Below, piece after piece: positions 1 through 9,226 of a stretch of DNA of 64,000 nucleotides. Source of the stretch: a virus (taxonomy: Duplodnaviria > Caudoviricetes); IMG/VR virus record IMGVR_UViG_2903109678_000002, positions 1 to 64,000 of that record; one strand, written 5' to 3'. The translations under genes were made by a program, and so were the position numbers. Under the pieces are notes generated by a model, which saw nothing but the letters and a program-made list of their open reading frames with translations, ran no database searches and was not told the DNA's origin. Each line of letters opens with the position of its first letter. The first letter of the stretch is position 1.

Positions 1-2487
1 TCATTGCTTGTCGTAAATCCACACCCGGCCTGCATTTTCTACCTCCTCACTGCAGTACTGCCCCTCGCCGATAAACAGCCGGTTGGCGGCATAATCTGTC
101 GCCAGGCTCGAGGAAAACGTAAAATCTTTATCCTCTGGCGCACTAATCGTCTGTTTTAACGTCCACTCCCCTTCCCACAGTTGGAAAATCCAGACCTTTC
201 CGCTGTAATTGGTACCTGATTGCCCTTTGGCAGATGAAGTATGCACCACGAAGGTGTTGCCATCGGGGGAGAAAATACTGTACTGACCAAAATAGTCCCC
301 CGCAGTCTGTTTAGCCTCCAGCAGTTGGCCCGCAATCCAGCCCTCTCTCTGCAGTTGGTAGAGCTGTAGCTTACCGGTATTATTTTCAAAATCCCTGTTT
401 CCAATCGCTATCAGCTCGCCAGAGGGATGCAAGCTGGCAAATGAGGTTCCCGAGGCAGGAATTCGTGCTGAATCCTGCCGGGTTACACCGGTGTCATCCA
501 GCGTACAGGTGGTGACCTTGATATACTCGGCCTCACCCTCTTTGAGAGTTTGAGAAAAAATCACCAGCTGCTCCCCGCTGCGGTTAAAACTCATCTGGTA
601 ACCAAACCGTTCATTTTCCTGCGGTTGTTCCGCCTGTAGGGTGTGTTTGTGTTGCCAGATGTTGTCCTGGTAATACCAGAGATACACCGCACCGGCGCTG
701 GCGGGATCATTATAAGTTGCCTGTTTGGCATACACTGCCAGCCGGCTACCGTCCGGGCTAATGGCTATTTTTTGACCATATCCTGAATTTGGCTGCGGAA
801 CTGGCACAACTTGCTGCCACTCATCCCACTCAGGCCAGGTACCGGCTATACGGCGGGCAAAGTAGAGCTTGTTACCATTCGGCACACCGATAAAAGCAGC
901 GGAACCGTCCTGATTGAGAGCGTATTGAGTAACAGGGCCAGATTGAGCGATAGCGGCTTTAAACACCGGCTCCCACTGACTGTCTGAGCGCTGCTGATAA
1001 ATATACATACCCAAACTTGCGTGATCACCACCAAAAATTACCGTCCGCCCATCGGCAGACATTCCTACGCTGCGTCCGATAAACGCATTAGCAATCAGTT
1101 CATATCCCTCCGGCTGCTCCCTGGGCGCAACGTAGTTGACCACCGGCTCCAGCTCCGGTAACGGCTCCCTGATCGGCGTCACCACATCGCCGCTCACGGC
1201 GCTCGCCATGGTCTGGCTAAACTCCAGCACAATAAACTCTGCCGGGCGTACCACGGCGAGGCCGATATTCATGCGCAAGATACCGTCATTGAGGTCTTGT
1301 TCGGTCATGCTGCTACCGACGCCAACCTGCACCTGATAACACTGCTCCGGTGTGGTACCAGCAAACGCTCCGGCTTCAAACAGGCCGAACAGGTAATTTT
1401 CTGCCGCATTGCGCAGCTGCTGCCAGGTCTGTGGGCCGTTGGGTTTAAACAGCACTTTGCGCAGCGACTGCTGCATATCGCGTTCGATGCGGTCAAAGGT
1501 GCGGCGCACCGGCACATAGCGCCATGCGACATCACCCGCACTCAGGGTACGCGCCCCCCACAGCTGCACGCCGATGCCGGGGAATTCACGCAGCATATTC
1601 ACCGCCAGCGTGCCGTCCTGGTTAAAGCGCGCCTGCGAAGCATCCCCTACCTTCACCAGCGGTTGCAGGCCTGGCTGCAAAGTGAGGTTGGCGGGGGCCT
1701 TCCAGGGGCCAATTTGCCTGTCGGTTTGCTGAATCAGGGCCGCTGCCACCGCACTGGGGGCCACCGGATGGATGACCGCCACCGGCTCGCCGCTACGCTG
1801 ATAAAGCAACCACAGAGGGCTGAGCCACGGATAGTAGAGTGCCGCGCTGGCGTTGGCATTGTACCCACTGACGAAGGTTGCCAGTGCCTCGGCATCAAAA
1901 CGCGGCTGGCGTTTCACCGGTTCAGTATCATCACCTGGTCGCTCTGCATCATTTGGCCCGTCCAGCAAGGCGAACAGCCCGCTGCCAGGCTGGCACAGAG
2001 CAGAAATAGCCAGCCCGACCGCCAGCGGTTGCCCCGCCTGCACCACCAGCGTGGCATCTGATAAATCCGCAATCTGATTGAGCTGGTCACTGCGGCACAG
2101 GTAGCAGGCACCGCCGCCGTTGTCGAAATAGGCTTTGAGCGCACTGAAGCTGGGGTGAGTCCAGTCCGGTTCGCTGCTGCTGTGGTTCTCGGGGCCAGAG
2201 TCCAGGCTACTGAGGCGCTGGTGTGCCGGGTTGCCACCCTTACGCACCGGACGGGCGCTGGCAAAGCCTGAGGCGCTCGCGCTACTGCTGAGGACACCAC
2301 TCTCTCCTTGCAGCCAGCGCTCAATTTCAGCAAAGCTACTGACCAGGTAAGGCTGAGACAGCGCCGACCACGGCCCGTCATTGCCGATAACCATCACCGG
2401 GAGGCCCGGTGCGGTTGCGGTTACAGAGAGTGAACTGCGGGTGATGTCATCAATATGCACACCGGGAGCAAGCGGGAAATTGAGCAT
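1..2487 (-). CDS. Afp2-like tail sheath protein fused to a C-terminal FG-GAP/integrin-alpha-like beta-propeller
   Basis: N-terminal ~425 aa carry sheath motifs (APGV, YFDNGGG, GPWKAPAN, WGARTL, WRYVPVRR, RPAEFIVLEFSQ). A Pro/Glu linker follows, then seven blade-like repeats (e.g. YGQKIAISPDGSRLAV, FGYQMSFNRSGEQLVI, FGQYSIFSPDGNTFVV). Confidence 0.9.
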   Translation of the reverse strand: MLNFPLAPGVHIDDITRSSLSVTATAPGLPVMVIGNDGPWSALSQPYLVSSFAEIERWLQGESGVLSSSASASGFASARPVRKGGNPAHQRLSSLDSGPENHSSSEPDWTHPSFSALKAYFDNGGGACYLCRSDQLNQIADLSDATLVVQAGQPLAVGLAISALCQPGSGLFALLDGPNDAERPGDDTEPVKRQPRFDAEALATFVSGYNANASAALYYPWLSPLWLLYQRSGEPVAVIHPVAPSAVAAALIQQTDRQIGPWKAPANLTLQPGLQPLVKVGDASQARFNQDGTLAVNMLREFPGIGVQLWGARTLSAGDVAWRYVPVRRTFDRIERDMQQSLRKVLFKPNGPQTWQQLRNAAENYLFGLFEAGAFAGTTPEQCYQVQVGVGSSMTEQDLNDGILRMNIGLAVVRPAEFIVLEFSQTMASAVSGDVVTPIREPLPELEPVVNYVAPREQPEGYELIANAFIGRSVGMSADGRTVIFGGDHASLGMYIYQQRSDSQWEPVFKAAIAQSGPVTQYALNQDGSAAFIGVPNGNKLYFARRIAGTWPEWDEWQQVVPVPQPNSGYGQKIAISPDGSRLAVYAKQATYNDPASAGAVYLWYYQDNIWQHKHTLQAEQPQENERFGYQMSFNRSGEQLVIFSQTLKEGEAEYIKVTTCTLDDTGVTRQDSARIPASGTSFASLHPSGELIAIGNRDFENNTGKLQLYQLQREGWIAGQLLEAKQTAGDYFGQYSIFSPDGNTFVVHTSSAKGQSGTNYSGKVWIFQLWEGEWTLKQTISAPEDKDFTFSSSLATDYAANRLFIGEGQYCSEEVENAGRVWIYDKQ

Positions 2488-2627
2488 AGGGTTCTCCGGT
2501 TACAGAATCAGGTTTTCTTTAGGGGAAACTGTGCGTATGAAATAAATCATGGCCATGCAAAACAGTAGTTGGCCGTTTGGCGACCACTGAGGTATGGCGG
2601 GTGGTTTGAACTACTTCTTTTGTCAAA

Positions 2628-2771
2628 CTACGGCAGAGTACAGAGCCTTGCGGTGAACCGAAAAGGGCCATGCTCCGGCGCGTTAATTGTCTGTTTTAAC
2701 CTCCACGGCCCTTCCCACAGCTGGAATCTCCAGACTTTTCCTCTGCCATCGCCATCAGATTGCCCTTTCAA
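2628..2771 (-). pseudogene. Decayed beta-propeller fragment, in frame after the stop codon of the 2772-4169 sheath gene
   Basis: 2671-2768 aligns ungapped to 131-228 (78/98 identical by hand count). Translates KGQSDGDGRGKVWRFQLWEGPWRLKQTINAPE versus KGQSGTNYSGKVWIFQLWEGEWTLKQTISAPE. Confidence 0.85.
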
Positions 2772-4169
2772 TCAAATCATCCCCCTCGGTTGTTCTCCCG
2801 CCTCAGGGTCATCCCGATAGGGATCCGACTCGGGCTCCGGCTCCGGTTCTGGCTCCGGTTCAGGTTCCGGTTCTGGCTCCGGTTCAGGTTCCGGTTCCGG
2901 CTCTGGTTCCGGCTCCGGCTCCGGTTCCGGCAACGCCGGCCCATCGGCAAGGGTGGCCCCGCCCAGCAGTTGGCTAAACTCGAGGAACACAAACTCTGCC
3001 GGTTTGACCACTGCCAGGCCAATGCGCATACGCATAATGCCAGCCAGCGTATCCTGCTGCGTCATGGTGCTGCCGAGGCCGATTTCAACGCGATAGCTGC
3101 TTTGCGGGGTATCCCCGGCGAAGGCCTGCTGGCGGAACAGGACGTAGAGATAATTCTCCACCCCGGCACGCAGTGCTTCCCAACTCACCGGGCCGTTGGG
3201 TTCAAACAGAAACCGCTGCATGGCCTGCTGCAAATCACGCTCCACCCGATCAAAGGTGCGGCGCACGTTAATATAGCCCCACGCCGGGCCGCTGTGGGTC
3301 AGGGTGCGCGCCCCCAACAGCACCGCACCACGACCGGGAAACTCGCGGAACATATTCACCGAGGGCGCGGTAAAATCCTTGCTGGTGAACGCCTGCTGGG
3401 CGCTGTTGCCCACGGCCACCTGCGGCTTCAGTCCACTGCTGAGCGGTAAATTACCCGGTGCGAGCCACGGGCCAGCGGCGTTATCGGTTTTCATCACCAA
3501 CCCGGCCGCCACGGCGCTGGGTGGCACCGCGTAAGTCCCCACTCTGCCTCCCTGCAATGTCCAGCGGGCATTGAGCCACGGATAGTAGAGCGCGGCACGG
3601 GGAGTGGGTGAAATCTCACCCAGAAAATCGTGCAGCCGCTGCGCCGAATAAAACCCCTGATGCTGCGGACCATCCAGCAGGGCAAAACGTCCGCTGCCGG
3701 GCTGGCACAGGTTGAGGATTCCCGCTATCACCTGCTGGGGTTGTCCGGCCTGCACCACCAGCGAGGCATCGCTCAGGGCTTCGATCTGCTCCAGCTGATC
3801 CACCGGGCAGAGGTAACAAGCCGTGCCGCCATTGGCGAAATAGGCGCGCAGAGCCAGTGCTTCAAGGCTGCCAGGATCGGCAGAGCGTTGGGCACCCGGT
3901 GCGTCCGCCGCTGCCGTCTGGGCGTCGTTGTCGGCCAGCCAGCGACTGGCCGCTGCTAAGCTCAGGCTCCCTACGCCCATATTGCCCGCACCTTCCAGCG
4001 CGAAATAGTCTTCCAGGCTACCGATCAGAGCTGGCTGCTGCTCGCCCCACCAACGGCTGCCCGCAGAGGTGAGCAACACCGGCACTGCGCGGGAGGACGA
4101 GCCAAGGGCGAGATCAAAGTGTGAAACCTCTTCAACATAAACACCGGGAGAGAGTGGCAATTGCGACAT
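2772..4169 (-). CDS. Afp2-like tail sheath protein with C-terminal (Pro-Glu)17 extension
   Basis: SPGVYVEEV, AYFANGG, GSGRFALLDGP, LGARTL, KPAEFVFLEFSQ, followed by a PE tract. Confidence 0.9.
   Translation of the reverse strand: MSQLPLSPGVYVEEVSHFDLALGSSSRAVPVLLTSAGSRWWGEQQPALIGSLEDYFALEGAGNMGVGSLSLAAASRWLADNDAQTAAADAPGAQRSADPGSLEALALRAYFANGGTACYLCPVDQLEQIEALSDASLVVQAGQPQQVIAGILNLCQPGSGRFALLDGPQHQGFYSAQRLHDFLGEISPTPRAALYYPWLNARWTLQGGRVGTYAVPPSAVAAGLVMKTDNAAGPWLAPGNLPLSSGLKPQVAVGNSAQQAFTSKDFTAPSVNMFREFPGRGAVLLGARTLTHSGPAWGYINVRRTFDRVERDLQQAMQRFLFEPNGPVSWEALRAGVENYLYVLFRQQAFAGDTPQSSYRVEIGLGSTMTQQDTLAGIMRMRIGLAVVKPAEFVFLEFSQLLGGATLADGPALPEPEPEPEPEPEPEPEPEPEPEPEPEPEPEPEPESDPYRDDPEAGEQPRGMI
2829..2930 (-). 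repeat. Coding (Pro-Glu)17 repeat with mixed synonymous codons
   Basis: 102 bp of imperfect 6-bp units using CCG/CCA/CCT/CCC and GAG/GAA. Confidence 0.95.
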
Positions 4170-4294
4170 AGTGCAGGTCTCCAGAACGTGGCCCGGCCAC
4201 GGTTCAGCGCAGCCGGTACCACAGGCATGATTAAGGGGCTCGTTCAGTGCGATCGGGTCGCGGGATCATTCAGCGCAGTCACCTGGCACCTCAG

Positions 4295-4328
4295 AAAAAA
4301 ACGATCTGCCCCCGGCGGAGGGCAGACC
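4295..4328 (-). terminator. Rho-independent terminator after the AAA+ ATPase gene
   Basis: Minus strand GGTCTGCCCTCCGCCGGGGGCAGATCG followed by T7. Confidence 0.75.
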
Positions 4329-4383
4329 TGGCGAAAGCGCCATGTGACCTGAGAGGTAACTGCAAGACTGAACCCGGCTATCG

Positions 4384-6447
4384 CTAGCCGCGCCCCATTT
4401 TGCTCAGTTCCCGCTGGATGGCGCGTTCAATATGTTCCAGCGAGATAGTTTTTTTCTCCGCGCTTAGCCAACTGGCGAGCAGCGCGGCGTTGCGGATGTT
4501 GGCACCGGTCAGCGCCAGCTGCGCCAGCCGGGCAAAATCGACCTCTTTCGCCACTTTGATCTGCGGCGGCCACACCGCACGCCACATCTGCTCGCGCAGG
4601 TCGGCGTTGGGGTAGGCAAAATGCGTAATAAACGAGAAGCGGCGGGTAAAGGCATCATCCAGATGGCTACGGTTGTTGGTGGCGAGGATCACCAGCCCAG
4701 GGTGATGCTCCAGCCGCTGGAGCAGATAAGCCACTTCGATGTTGGCATGCCTGTCTTTGGCATCTTTGGTTTCACTGCGCTTACCGAACAGCGCATCGGC
4801 TTCGTCAAAGAACAGCACCCCCGCATCCTGTACGGCGAGATCAAACACGCGGGCCAGGTTTTTCTCGGTTTCACCGATGTATTTGTTGATGATGCTGGAG
4901 AGATCAACGCGGATCAGATCCACACCTAGCGCCCCCGCCATCACCTCCGCCACCATACTTTTCCCGGTGCCGGGGTCACCATAGAACAGGGCGCTGATGC
5001 CGGTGGCCTTGCCCACTTTGCGCGCAAAGCCACGCTCCAGCACCCGCTCGCGCTGGCGTACTGCGCACAACACTTCATCCAGCTGCTCGCGTAGCCCAGG
5101 GCTAATAATGATGTCATCCCAGCTGCGCTGCGGCGTGACGCGCTGGGCCAGCGCATTGAAATTCTGTTTAGCACGACGCAGGAAGGCGGCACGAAAATCT
5201 TCCTCCTGCGGCCACATCTTGCCGCGCTGCATCGCCAGCGCGTGGGATTCAGCCACGGCGCTACGCATGGTATCGAACGGCAGCGCAATACGCTGCACCA
5301 GCGCGCGGGCATCCCACTGTGGCGTATTACCACCAAGTAAAGAGAGCAGGTAGTTGTAGCGTTCTTCTAAGCCCGGCACGCCAATCTCCAGCGCGTGGCG
5401 GCTGAGGCGGCTAAAGGGCAACTGCGAAAGCTGTGCTGCACTGAGGGTGCAGATCGGCAAGGGCAGCCCGTCGCGCACCTGTTGCTCCACTATCTGTTCC
5501 AGCTGCTCGATCAGGGCGCTGTAGCTGTCGCCCCCTTCCCCCGCTGCTTTAGGGGGCGGGAGGTCCAGCACCAGCAGTGAACGCGTCAGCCGGGTGAAGT
5601 TAAACAGCTGGCGCAGCAACAGCGGCGCATCACGGCCGGTGTTAAGCAGTTGCAGCCAGGAGACCCACAGCGCCTGGCTATTGAAGTGGCGTGCCAGTTC
5701 AGCAATATAGGCTTCACGGTCGGTACCGGCTTCACTGCGGATGTCGAGCAGCGGCGTCAGGCTTTGGTGAAACGCCAGCTGGCTCACCGCCGCCTGATGG
5801 CTGCGATCGTTGTGTTGATCCTCCACCCAGCGCGCCATGCCCTGTAACCCAGCAGGCAGGCTTTCACTGCCTAACAGCCAGTCCAGCACCATTTCATGGG
5901 TGCGATAGCCCTGCTCTTCACCGGCATTACGCCGGGGCAACAGTTCGATCAGCCCGTCGCGCTGTAGCGGCGCATCCGCCTGTAGGCTGGCGCGTTGGGC
6001 ATGACGGAGAAAGGTGCCCGGACAGAACAGTGCCTGAACCAGCCCGAAACTGGGGCCTTCATTTTGTTGCAGCGGAAGCTGAGCAAATAGCTGGCGATAG
6101 CGCGGCTCAAAGCTGTTCAGGCAGCCCAGCAGCAGCACCGCCAGTTCGAACTCACTCAGTTGATACTGCTCCACCAGCTGCGCCATGCGGCTTTCGGCGG
6201 GCAGATCGAACTGCGGGATGTTGCTTTGCCAGTTGGCACTGCGACCGGCCCAGTAAGGCATGGCGCGCGTGGCGCTTTCCAGCTCGCTGCTGGGCGGATA
6301 GAAATCACTTTGTGGATCAAACTGATACTGCTGCTGGTGGCGCAGCAGAATGGCATCCACCTGCGCCACGGCCGCCAGAAAGGTATAGAGTTGATCTTCC
6401 GCGGCAGCGCTGTCGGCTGGCGGGACATCTTCGGGCATCAGGTTCAT
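4384..6447 (-). CDS. Afp15/Pvc15-like AAA+ ATPase
   Basis: Walker A GDPGTGKS, Walker B LFFDEAD, KYIGETEKNL, DRHANIEVAYLLQRLE; long N-terminal domain. Confidence 0.93.
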   Translation of the reverse strand: MNLMPEDVPPADSAAAEDQLYTFLAAVAQVDAILLRHQQQYQFDPQSDFYPPSSELESATRAMPYWAGRSANWQSNIPQFDLPAESRMAQLVEQYQLSEFELAVLLLGCLNSFEPRYRQLFAQLPLQQNEGPSFGLVQALFCPGTFLRHAQRASLQADAPLQRDGLIELLPRRNAGEEQGYRTHEMVLDWLLGSESLPAGLQGMARWVEDQHNDRSHQAAVSQLAFHQSLTPLLDIRSEAGTDREAYIAELARHFNSQALWVSWLQLLNTGRDAPLLLRQLFNFTRLTRSLLVLDLPPPKAAGEGGDSYSALIEQLEQIVEQQVRDGLPLPICTLSAAQLSQLPFSRLSRHALEIGVPGLEERYNYLLSLLGGNTPQWDARALVQRIALPFDTMRSAVAESHALAMQRGKMWPQEEDFRAAFLRRAKQNFNALAQRVTPQRSWDDIIISPGLREQLDEVLCAVRQRERVLERGFARKVGKATGISALFYGDPGTGKSMVAEVMAGALGVDLIRVDLSSIINKYIGETEKNLARVFDLAVQDAGVLFFDEADALFGKRSETKDAKDRHANIEVAYLLQRLEHHPGLVILATNNRSHLDDAFTRRFSFITHFAYPNADLREQMWRAVWPPQIKVAKEVDFARLAQLALTGANIRNAALLASWLSAEKKTISLEHIERAIQRELSKMGRG

Positions 6448-6501
6448 AGGGCGATCCGTTTGTCAGGACAAAGGGGGAAATCGGGTGGACCGGAGGAATT
6501 A

Positions 6502-7434
6502 TTAATGGGGGGTGGGCACCGCCTCCGCATTTTTCTCCGGCACCTGCACCAGGCCATCAAGATTGACCTTTTTCACCGACCAGCTTGTGCCTGCCAGATC
6601 AAAGGTTTTCCCTGCCCAGCCGTTGGCGGTCTGCTCGAGCAACGTAACCTGTTCTGCCAGTACCAGCCCGGCCACGCTCACATCCACCTCCTGCACCGGT
6701 TCCCCGGCTTTCTTACGCCGGATGGTTAACGTGGGTACCGCCCGCACGGTGACGCGCGCCAGCGCCCCTCCCGGCAGCTTATGCGCCAGTTCGGCATACA
6801 GTGCCTGTTCTAACTGCAGCTGATCGTGGCCGGGGAGCGGTTCAAAGGTCGATTCCACCTTTTTCACCGGCAGAATTTCTTCCATATCATCCAGAACCAC
6901 CGGCATGGTGACGGCAAAGTTGAGAATGGTGCGCGGCTTATCCCCCAGCGCCTGCCAGAAGTTGCCGAGGCTGTTCAGCGCTTCTGGCTCGATAATGCGC
7001 AGCTGATACTTCTTAAACGCGCTGTTTTTACGCAACTTCAGCAGTGCGCGAATCATGGTGCTGTGGTTTTTCACCGAGTCGCTGTCCGGTTCCGCCTGCG
7101 GCGAGGTGGCACTGATTTTGGTCGGCGGCTCCCAGTAGGTCACCAGGTAGAGACAGCGGATAAAGGCGCGGTCCGGCTCATATTGCCCACTTTGCGGTAA
7201 ATAGGCAGTGGGTGAGCTGTGGCGAATCGCCAGGTCTTCATGAATCAGGTACATAAATAAGTGGAACGTCGGGCTATTAATTGACGCATCTTTATAATTG
7301 GGCTCATCGAAGCGGAAATTAAGTTTATCGCTGTCTTCGGGAACGCCAAAGCTGGTGTGCAAGTGGCGTTTAAGTGACATATTAAATTCACCGATCTCGC
7401 TGGCTGCGAGAGTGTCGAACAGGGATTTAGGCAT
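6502..7434 (-). CDS. Afp16/Pvc16-like cap / tail terminator (DUF4255-like)
   Basis: FMYLIHEDLAIRHS, YLVTYW and LNSLGNFWQALGDKPR motifs typical of Pvc16. Confidence 0.85.
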   Translation of the reverse strand: MPKSLFDTLAASEIGEFNMSLKRHLHTSFGVPEDSDKLNFRFDEPNYKDASINSPTFHLFMYLIHEDLAIRHSSPTAYLPQSGQYEPDRAFIRCLYLVTYWEPPTKISATSPQAEPDSDSVKNHSTMIRALLKLRKNSAFKKYQLRIIEPEALNSLGNFWQALGDKPRTILNFAVTMPVVLDDMEEILPVKKVESTFEPLPGHDQLQLEQALYAELAHKLPGGALARVTVRAVPTLTIRRKKAGEPVQEVDVSVAGLVLAEQVTLLEQTANGWAGKTFDLAGTSWSVKKVNLDGLVQVPEKNAEAVPTPH

Positions 7435-7635
7435 GGTGGCTCCTCGAAATAAGGAAGTAATAGGAAAGATTTTATTTTAAAAGTCGTTATCAGCCGTAAT
7501 TAACACTCTTCACTTTCGACAAGATAGATTTTAAAAAAAAACACTAATAATAGTTAATTTAAACTCATAAATAAGCACTTCTGAGTAAAAAATTATAATT
7601 CAACATAGTGCCTCATTGAGCCAATCCTCATTATA

Positions 7636-9099
7636 TTACAAAGTCTTGGTAATCATATCGCCAGTATTAGTAAATGCAACCGCATCACCAATCTTAAGTA
7701 TGTAATCGATAGACAGACTATAACCAACACTCCCCACCCCGCCGCGATGTGTTTTTTCATGTCGACTACCATTTATATAAACACTATCCGAATTATAATT
7801 CACCCCATTCAAATCAGCACCCCTTCCAAAGCCAGCCAAATACGTACCAGAAGAATTAACATAAGCAATAAAATAACCCCTAGAACTATACCCATATAAA
7901 TGACAGTTATGCAGCCTGGCCATTTGAATTATTAACATCTCCTCGGTAAAATTAGAATACAGCTGTCCAGAGCTGTTAATTTTTATCGTCGAATCATCGA
8001 CTTTCAACCCCAACTGCCCGGTGCTATTAATTTTTAATGTATTATCATGGCTTACGCCTAAAACCGCACCATAAGGCCCTGTTCCTTTATATTGTTTAAG
8101 GCCTTTTTTCTCCCCATTGGCGGCACCAACATTAATCCAGATACCGTCAATATCCTTTGGCGCACTGCTAATGACAGCAGCAACACCGCCATCATAGTCA
8201 GCATTATTTGAATATAAACTAACGCCTACCTCACCATTCGTTGTTATTTTCAACCCATTTGTACCGCTTATTTTCACATTAACTTTATTATCAGCGTCAA
8301 TCTCTAACGACGAACCCGTCGCCATCCTTAATGCATTGCTTTCAATTTTTAAGCCTGACATTTTACTAGTATTCAGCATCAAGCCATTAGTACTGCTGAC
8401 TAAGCCCCCCGAGGCATGGGGCATTACCCCTAGCTTCCCGGTACTGCTATCAATCTTTAACGTATCATCATGGCTCACGCCTAAAACCGCACCAGCAGCA
8501 TATGTGCTTTTATATTGTTTAAGACCTTTTTTACTCCCCATTCCACCAACATTAACCCCAAGACCGCTAATATCCGTTGGGTTATGGGAAATAACAGCAG
8601 CAACAAAGCTATCAGAGTCAGCATTGTATGAATATAAATTAACCTCCACCTCACCACCTTCTGATATTTTCAACCCATTTTTATTGCTTGTTTTAACATT
8701 AACTGTATTATCAGTGCCAATCACTAACGACTTCCCAGCGTCTAGACTCACGCCATTGGTATCGGAAAGCAGCCCTCCCGTTGCTTTCGCCTTTACATGC
8801 AATTTTTCATTTTCAAACACCAACCCATTACCGGTTTTACCACCATTATTATCGTCGGTATTTGCCATTCCTAGCGCACCGGCGACATCATAGTGCTGAT
8901 CCAATAGCTGTTTATAATCCGCTTCGCGCGGTACGGCATTGGCGCGAAATTTTTTGATTAATTCCTCACGCTTTTGCGCAAAGGGCAAGGTGCTGGCCGC
9001 CTGCGGGGCGGATTCCGACTGCGGCGCGATCGCGGCTTCAGGCTGCTTCTGCGCTGAATCCTGTGCATTATCCGTTGCTGCTGGGGTCTTTTTAGCCAT
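7636..9099 (-). CDS. Afp13/Pvc13-like tail fibre with shaft repeats
   Basis: N-terminal LIKKFRANAVPREADYKQLLD anchor motif; GLxx/LxV shaft-like repeats; AT-rich distal part. Confidence 0.8.
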   Translation of the reverse strand: MAKKTPAATDNAQDSAQKQPEAAIAPQSESAPQAASTLPFAQKREELIKKFRANAVPREADYKQLLDQHYDVAGALGMANTDDNNGGKTGNGLVFENEKLHVKAKATGGLLSDTNGVSLDAGKSLVIGTDNTVNVKTSNKNGLKISEGGEVEVNLYSYNADSDSFVAAVISHNPTDISGLGVNVGGMGSKKGLKQYKSTYAAGAVLGVSHDDTLKIDSSTGKLGVMPHASGGLVSSTNGLMLNTSKMSGLKIESNALRMATGSSLEIDADNKVNVKISGTNGLKITTNGEVGVSLYSNNADYDGGVAAVISSAPKDIDGIWINVGAANGEKKGLKQYKGTGPYGAVLGVSHDNTLKINSTGQLGLKVDDSTIKINSSGQLYSNFTEEMLIIQMARLHNCHLYGYSSRGYFIAYVNSSGTYLAGFGRGADLNGVNYNSDSVYINGSRHEKTHRGGVGSVGYSLSIDYILKIGDAVAFTNTGDMITKTL

Positions 9100-9226
9100 G
9101 ATAACTCTCCGGTTTGGAAAACGTTATGCAACATAGTGACAGCGGCAGCTGTCCGGGAAGGTGTTACGGCGGTTAGCCTGCGGCTTGCAATACAGGTTCA
9201 GGGCTCACCGCGCAGGAGTGACGAGA

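Noticed and set aside
131-2768. Repeat pair 131-228 / 2671-2768 as a diversity-generating retroelement VR/TR pair
   Set aside because: Mismatches are not confined to adenines of either copy and no reverse transcriptase is present. An in-frame paralogue relic explains it better.
2760-3449. Antisense and alternate-frame ORFs with striking RF, WL or SQ repeats (2760-3449, 50528-51061, 50746-51009) and the many other plus-strand ORFs within eCIS and phage genes
   Set aside because: They are shadows of the PE/EP repeats or of GC-rich coding sequence and overlap well-supported genes.
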